From Candidatus Latescibacterota bacterium (GTDB taxonomy: Bacteria; Latescibacterota; UBA2968; GCA-2709665): a DNA stretch of 64,000 nt. A program made the translations under genes and the position numbers. The DNA lies in contig OZ244744.1 of assembly GCA_965219455.1 (NCBI GenBank), positions 2,432,001-2,496,000 of the forward strand, written 5' to 3'. Positions 58,696-64,000 of this stretch are shown piece by piece (the first letter of the stretch is position 1; every line of letters begins with the position of its first letter). Under the pieces are notes generated by a model, which was not told where the DNA came from, ran no database searches, and saw nothing but the letters and a program-made list of their open reading frames with translations.

Positions 58696-60300
58696 TCATG
58701 GTCCGAACCGATAGGCGATGGTCAATTTCGAGGGATCGGTGATGCTCGTGTCCGTGTGATGGTATATGTTGATGCGTCCGGTGCCGCAGTCTCCGAATTC
58801 GTCGCAGGTGAGCGTACCGAGGAGGCCCTTGAAGTCGGACGTCGCGTGGAGTTCCGTACGCAGCGATTCGCGATCGACGGATACCTTCCCGCCATCTACG
58901 CTCGCGACAGACTCAATAGCGCTTAGCAGCAGCGTTGCGGCGTCGTAGGAATGCGCCCAGTAGACCGTGTTCGGAATCCCGCCGTACGCGGCTGCGTACG
59001 CGGCCAGCACCTCGTCGGCGCTCTTGCCGGTGGCCTCATTGACGTTTGAACCCTCCACGGGCTCCGGGCCGGCGAAGTAGATTCCTTCCGACTCCGGCAA
59101 TGGGAGAAACTTCGTCAGGAGGAGGGCAGAACTCGTGATGAGTGTTGCGTTTTCCAGACCTTCGTGTTCCTTCGCCTGGTCCGCGAAAGGCGCGCCAGCG
59201 ACAAAGAACAGAGGGAAGAAGATGCCGTCCGGCTCGGCCGCCGCGAATTCCGCGAGAACGGATGCCATGTCCGTCTGTTTCTTTTCTATTCGGGCACTGA
59301 CTGCAACTTCACCGCCGAGAGCGCTGAACGCATGGCCGAAGGCGACGGTGAGACCCATGGTGTACGGGTCGCCGTCGTCTATGGTGGCGAAGCGACGGAG
59401 GCCCAATTCAGTGTATGCGAAGTTGGCCACGGCGTTCGCCTCGTAGAGGTCGTTGTTGCAGGTGCGGAAGTAGCCGGGGTGGTAGTTGGGACTCGCGTTG
59501 CCGGTGAGGTCGGACGTGAGCGCGGGCGAGGTGTTTGACGGCGAGATCATGACCAGCCCCGCCTCGCTCAGCAGGGGTGAGGCCGCCACAGCCGAGCCTG
59601 AACAGCTGGTGCCGATGGCGCCGATGACTCGCAGATCGTTAAGAATCTGCTCCGCCCCCATGCGTCCGCCCTCCGGGCCGCACATGGCGTCGATCGGCGC
59701 GCCAAGGTCCACTTCGCGACTGTGGATCATTCCGTAGTCTTGAACTGCCAGTTCAGCAGCGTTTCGCGGCGGATCACCGAGCCACCCCTCGACCGTATGC
59801 GTGAGCAACGAACGGATATGCACGGCCTCGCCTTCGCCAATCGTGACGACGCCGCGTACGGATGAACTCGCCACGCGCGCACTTTCGCCAATGGGCAAGT
59901 CGAGCATTACATCGTAGTCACCGTTAATGGGTATGCTCGACCACGACCCCAAGACGCTTCCGTCCATCATTGCGCGCGCCCGATAGTAACCGGTACCCTC
60001 AACTTCCACCCGCGCCAGGCCTTGCGCATCGGTTGTGCCCGACCATTTGAAATCGGCCGCCCGACCCGATACCGAACGCGCGAACGCCACGGTGACGCCG
60101 CTTAAGGGCGTCTCACCCTCCAGGACGCGGGCAACGACCACGGCCTGCGACATATTCCCATTGACAGCCAGTTTGCCCAGCGGCTGTCCTATCGTATCCT
60201 CCTCCGGTACCATCGACGTCGTTATGCGTTCGCTGCCGCATCCCCAGGTCAAGCCTGCGGAAAGCGCCAACAAGAACACGTTGCGAAAACTTCCAAACAT
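58696..60300 (-). CDS. Lipoprotein solute-binding protein, copy 2
   Basis: Closely similar to copy 1; TWGC lipobox-like motif; ATG 60300 with GGGAGG. Confidence 0.85.
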   Translation of the reverse strand: MFGSFRNVFLLALSAGLTWGCGSERITTSMVPEEDTIGQPLGKLAVNGNMSQAVVVARVLEGETPLSGVTVAFARSVSGRAADFKWSGTTDAQGLARVEVEGTGYYRARAMMDGSVLGSWSSIPINGDYDVMLDLPIGESARVASSSVRGVVTIGEGEAVHIRSLLTHTVEGWLGDPPRNAAELAVQDYGMIHSREVDLGAPIDAMCGPEGGRMGAEQILNDLRVIGAIGTSCSGSAVAASPLLSEAGLVMISPSNTSPALTSDLTGNASPNYHPGYFRTCNNDLYEANAVANFAYTELGLRRFATIDDGDPYTMGLTVAFGHAFSALGGEVAVSARIEKKQTDMASVLAEFAAAEPDGIFFPLFFVAGAPFADQAKEHEGLENATLITSSALLLTKFLPLPESEGIYFAGPEPVEGSNVNEATGKSADEVLAAYAAAYGGIPNTVYWAHSYDAATLLLSAIESVASVDGGKVSVDRESLRTELHATSDFKGLLGTLTCDEFGDCGTGRINIYHHTDTSITDPSKLTIAYRFGP

Positions 60301-61217
60301 AGCGAACCCTCCCAATGTTTCGGATTCCCAGCGAAAAAGAACCAGAAAGCCGTGAGCAACGCGCGCAAAAAACGCGCCCGTCTCAATTGGCCCCTGACTC
60401 GTGAACATATATATAATGAAGACTACGAACTAAACAACGAACCTCCCGGCTTCAGCGTTCGAATGAGCCGACCTGCTTATACTTAATATAGAATATAAGT
60501 CCATTTTGCATGTACACAAGGGCATATCTGGATTTCTTTTCCAAAAAAAAACGACAATGTCCCGGGTGAATTCAAGTGCGCATGCGATTCATCGCGTTCC
60601 ATATCCGGGTATCGACCATTACCGCCTCGAAAATTCTCCCCGGCACCGGCATGTATACGTGCCATGAAGGTAATTTCCGGCCCCGCGACGGCTTATGAAG
60701 TACCGGGTAAAATGAAGCGGGTCTGGTGAGACCCTATAGGGTCTTCCTATATGGAAATTCAATCCAAAGCCTCTAAATAAGAGGACCAACTCGTTCCTGA
60801 TGAACGGGCAGGGCACAATGTGGGAGCCCGGCGGAGTTCTCGGAGATCAAGACCGGGTTGCAACATGCAAACCCGGTACGGAGAAAAAGCCCATGTGGAA
60901 GAAAATCTGCAACTACATATTTCTTAATATATTATAGGAAGGATCGTAATAAGTCAATGGTGGAATTTTGCCCAAATGTCGTATTTTGCTACATATAGAT
61001 TGGGCGACGACGTGAAACCGCCGCCACCCACAGTTGAATGGGGACCATATTTTCATCCTGAATTATAACTCGAACGGAATGGCAGGGCTTTGAGCCATCC
61101 AGCCGGCCGCACGGGGTCGACTACGTGTCGGTAACGCCACGATTAGCAGTCCGTCCCTCTCAGGCCAATATCGGATCGCGGTTGACTTCGTTTCGTGCTC
61201 ATGTACGAATTGTCACA

Positions 61218-64000
61218 ATGAAACGCCATTTGAAATCATCCACACTTGCGCTCGGTGTCGCCGGCCTGCTGTCCCTGGCGCTATTCATCTTCCCGTGGTC
61301 GCCATCCACGCAGCCCGGCGGCTTTTCCCTCGCCCTGGACCTGGATGATGCCGATGGCAACCAGGCCGTTTCCTCGCTCGACCTCTTACCCCATCAGCCT
61401 GTTTCCCTACAGATTTTCGCGAGGGATATTCAGAATGCCACCGGCATATCCATGCGCTTTGGATACGATACGACTCAGTTAATCCACGAGGGATTCGATC
61501 CCGGCGAGGTTCTGCCGAACGTCCATGCCATCGTACAACAGGATTCCACGTCCATCCGCATCGGGGTTTCGTCGTTGAGTGGATCGGCAACGGGAAACGC
61601 CGGCTGGGTTGGCACGGTACGTTTCCGCACCACCGGGTCGTTTTCAGACACGGAGATCTGGTTGGTGAGCGCGGAACTTTCCCTGGATGGACAGTCCGAG
61701 GTAATATCACCCGCTCTCGGGGTTGCGTTGCAGGTGGCCGCGCCCGCTTCCCCTGACTTCGACGGCAACGGGCTTGTGGGGTTTTCCGACTTTGTGGCCT
61801 TTGCAGGCGCCTTCGGGGCACAGCGGGGCGATGGGAAGTACGTGGAGGCGTACGATCTGAACAACGACGGCACGATCGCCTTCAACGATTTCGTGATCTT
61901 CGCCACGAGTTTTGGCGAAGCGGCCAACCGGGCGCCCGCGTTCACCGCCGCGTCTCCGGTCACGCGCTCTGTGGAAGAGAATACCTCGGCGGGCCAACCC
62001 ATCGGCGATCCCCTCACCGCTACCGACGCCGATGACGACTCCCTCACGTACCACCTGCGCGGCGTGTATGCAGACCGTTTTTCCATCGGCGCCAGTACGG
62101 GTCAGCTTGTCACAAAGGAGGGGATCGCCTACGACCACGAAGCCAGGGACGCGTATTCCGTCACCGTGCGGGTTACCGACGGGCAGGGGGGCCGCGCCAC
62201 CATTGTCCTTGGCATCGCCGTCACCGACGTGGACGAACCCCCTGGCGGGCCGCCTGCAGGCGTGGTGGTCGCGCCGCGCGACACCGCATTGACCGTGACC
62301 TGGAGTGCGGCGCCCGACGAGGCGGGCAAGCCCCCGGTGAGCGGGTATGAAGTGGCGCATCGGCCGGCGGATAGCGAGGAATGGCTGGAGGGACGCTTCC
62401 TTGGCAGCCGCGCGGACACCAGCGTCACGCTGACCGGCCTGGCCAACGAACAACCGTATCAGGTACGCGTGCGCACGCTCAACGACGAGGGCACAAGCGA
62501 TTGGTCGGAACCCGTTGTCGGCGCGCCCACGGTGGGGCCGAGAGCGTTAGGCATCATCGGCGATCAGTCGCTGATCCTGGGCCGCGACCTGCGGGTGAAC
62601 ATAGCCAGCCTGTTCACCCGGCCGGCGCTCGGGACGTTGACGTACGGCGCGGCGTCGTCCAATGAAGCCATCGCCGCGGTCACTGTGTCGGACTCGATGG
62701 CGACGGTGCACGCCGTGGCCCTGGGGCGCGCGACCATCACCGCCACCGCCAGCGACGTGTACGGCAACACCGCGCAGACGACCTTCCCCGTTGTCGTGAC
62801 CACGCCGCCACCGCCACCACCACCGCCCGGACCCGTCGGGCCCATTGGGCCATTCCGGCCGCCACCACCACCCCCGCCACCACCGCCGCCTGCCAACAAT
62901 CGCACGCCGTCCTTCGACGACGGGGCCAACACGTCGCGCACCGTGCCCGAGAATACCCCGGCGCGACAGCCCATTCAGCATCCGGTGCGCGCCACCGATC
63001 CGGACGGACACCGGCTGACGTACAATCTCACCGGACCGGACTCCGCCAGCTTTGCCGTGGACGTGGGCAGCGGGCAGTTGCGCACCCTGTCGGGCATCAC
63101 GTATGACTTTGAGGATAACGACCGTTATTCGGTTGAACTGGAAGCCGACGACCCCTACGGCGGCAACGCCACCATCGGTGTTGCCATCCACGTAGCAGAC
63201 GTGGACGAACCGCCCGACGTCCCCGACAGGCCGCAGGTACAGCCGGCATCGTCCACCAGCCTGACGGTGACCTGGACAGCGCCGACCAACACCGGCCCCT
63301 TCATATTCGATTACGACGTACAATATCGGACGGGCAGCGGCAACTTCGATCCATGGCCGCACGACAACACCGGCACGACCACGACGATAACGAACCTGGA
63401 GGTGAACAAGCGCTACGAGGTACAGGTGCGGGCGCACAACGACGAAGGCGAGAGCCTCTGGTCCCCTTCGGGCTTCGGGACCACCAGCGCCAATCTGCCG
63501 CCGGTGTTCGACGAGGGAGGAAGCACCACGCGCAGCCTCGGCGAGAACACACCGTCGGATCGAAACATCGGCGGCCCCGTCACGGCAACCGATCCTGAGG
63601 GTAGCGAAGTGAGTTACCGCTTCGACAGCGGGGATACGGAGGGTTTTGCCATCGACCCAAACACCGGTCAACTGAAGACCAGGACGGGTGTCACCTACGA
63701 TTTCGAAACAAAGGATCGTTATACGGTGAGGGTAGAGGCGCAGGACGAACAGGGAGGACGCTCAACCATCTCCGTGTCCATTGAAGTCACCGACGACGAC
63801 AACGAACGGCCGGAGACGCCCGACAAGCCGACGGTCACCGCCTCCACGTTGAACAGCCTTTCCATTCGATGGACGGCGCCGGCAAACGCCGGGCCCAACA
63901 TCAACGACTACGACGTGCAGTACAGTGAGGACGGCGGCGCCTTCACAGGCTGGCCGCACACGGGTCCAGGCACGACCACCACCATCACCGGGTTGAAGGC
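61218..64000 (+). CDS. Large surface adhesin: signal peptide, cohesin-like domain, dockerin/EF-hand pair, alternating cadherin and FN3 domains, Pro-rich linker; 3'-truncated
   Basis: Absent from the ORF track because it has no stop in the window; frame spot-checked at several positions. MKRHLKSS..; PDFDGNGLVGFSDFVAFAGAFG..YDLNNDGTIAFNDF; cadherin ATDAD/DYE-type motifs; FN3 YQVRVR..N..G...WS. Confidence 0.85.
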   Translation, partial: MKRHLKSSTLALGVAGLLSLALFIFPWSPSTQPGGFSLALDLDDADGNQAVSSLDLLPHQPVSLQIFARDIQNATGISMRFGYDTTQLIHEGFDPGEVLPNVHAIVQQDSTSIRIGVSSLSGSATGNAGWVGTVRFRTTGSFSDTEIWLVSAELSLDGQSEVISPALGVALQVAAPASPDFDGNGLVGFSDFVAFAGAFGAQRGDGKYVEAYDLNNDGTIAFNDFVIFATSFGEAANRAPAFTAASPVTRSVEENTSAGQPIGDPLTATDADDDSLTYHLRGVYADRFSIGASTGQLVTKEGIAYDHEARDAYSVTVRVTDGQGGRATIVLGIAVTDVDEPPGGPPAGVVVAPRDTALTVTWSAAPDEAGKPPVSGYEVAHRPADSEEWLEGRFLGSRADTSVTLTGLANEQPYQVRVRTLNDEGTSDWSEPVVGAPTVGPRALGIIGDQSLILGRDLRVNIASLFTRPALGTLTYGAASSNEAIAAVTVSDSMATVHAVALGRATITATASDVYGNTAQTTFPVVVTTPPPPPPPPGPVGPIGPFRPPPPPPPPPPPANNRTPSFDDGANTSRTVPENTPARQPIQHPVRATDPDGHRLTYNLTGPDSASFAVDVGSGQLRTLSGITYDFEDNDRYSVELEADDPYGGNATIGVAIHVADVDEPPDVPDRPQVQPASSTSLTVTWTAPTNTGPFIFDYDVQYRTGSGNFDPWPHDNTGTTTTITNLEVNKRYEVQVRAHNDEGESLWSPSGFGTTSANLPPVFDEGGSTTRSLGENTPSDRNIGGPVTATDPEGSEVSYRFDSGDTEGFAIDPNTGQLKTRTGVTYDFETKDRYTVRVEAQDEQGGRSTISVSIEVTDDDNERPETPDKPTVTASTLNSLSIRWTAPANAGPNINDYDVQYSEDGGAFTGWPHTGPGTTTTITGLK

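Noticed and set aside
60420-61217. Riboswitch (e.g. c-di-GMP) or sRNA in the AT-rich divergent region; hairpins near 60729 and 60852
   Set aside because: Isolated hairpins only; no convincing match to a known aptamer by eye. An Rfam/Infernal scan would decide.
62802-62893. CCA/CCG repeat tract as a contingency locus
   Set aside because: It encodes in-frame poly-Pro linkers with mixed codons, an ordinary adhesin spacer.
35787-63671. Long antisense ORFs (e.g. 35787-36902, 47548-49197, 49599-50912, 56496-57605, 62547-63671)
   Set aside because: Shadow frames of high-GC genes that have clear motifs on the opposite strand.

Overview
A 64-kb window from a GC-rich bacterium. The gene content (PhyH, Asp-box and heparinase proteins, plant-type LRR, a cadherin/FN3/dockerin adhesin, an FlgD-Ig remnant) suggests a host-associated Latescibacterota/Gemmatimonadota-like lineage, possibly a sponge symbiont; this is inference only. 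Positions 1-31 kb hold a surface-glycosylation region: YfhO-like and other GT-C membrane proteins, a flippase, a GT2, two methyltransferases and tandem membrane-TPR genes. It is interrupted by an AddAB-like nuclease/helicase pair and by an IS3 element nested in the end of an unusual Rep-like putative transposon. Two of its genes are frameshifted and the TPR tails are mosaics of each other. Positions 31-52 kb hold an LRR protein, a sigma54-driven hsp20, glycan and sugar-acid catabolism genes, and an orphan RamAB/AmfAB-like ABC exporter pair. Positions 52-64 kb hold VapBC and HicAB, a decaying tandem array of lipoprotein solute-binding genes, and a large adhesin running off the end. Most long intergenic regions are mosaics of short hairpin repeat modules. 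Two of these repeat families keep fixed spacing while diverging almost only by substitution. No rRNA, tRNA, CRISPR array or reverse transcriptase was seen. All family assignments come from motif recognition by eye; no searches were run.
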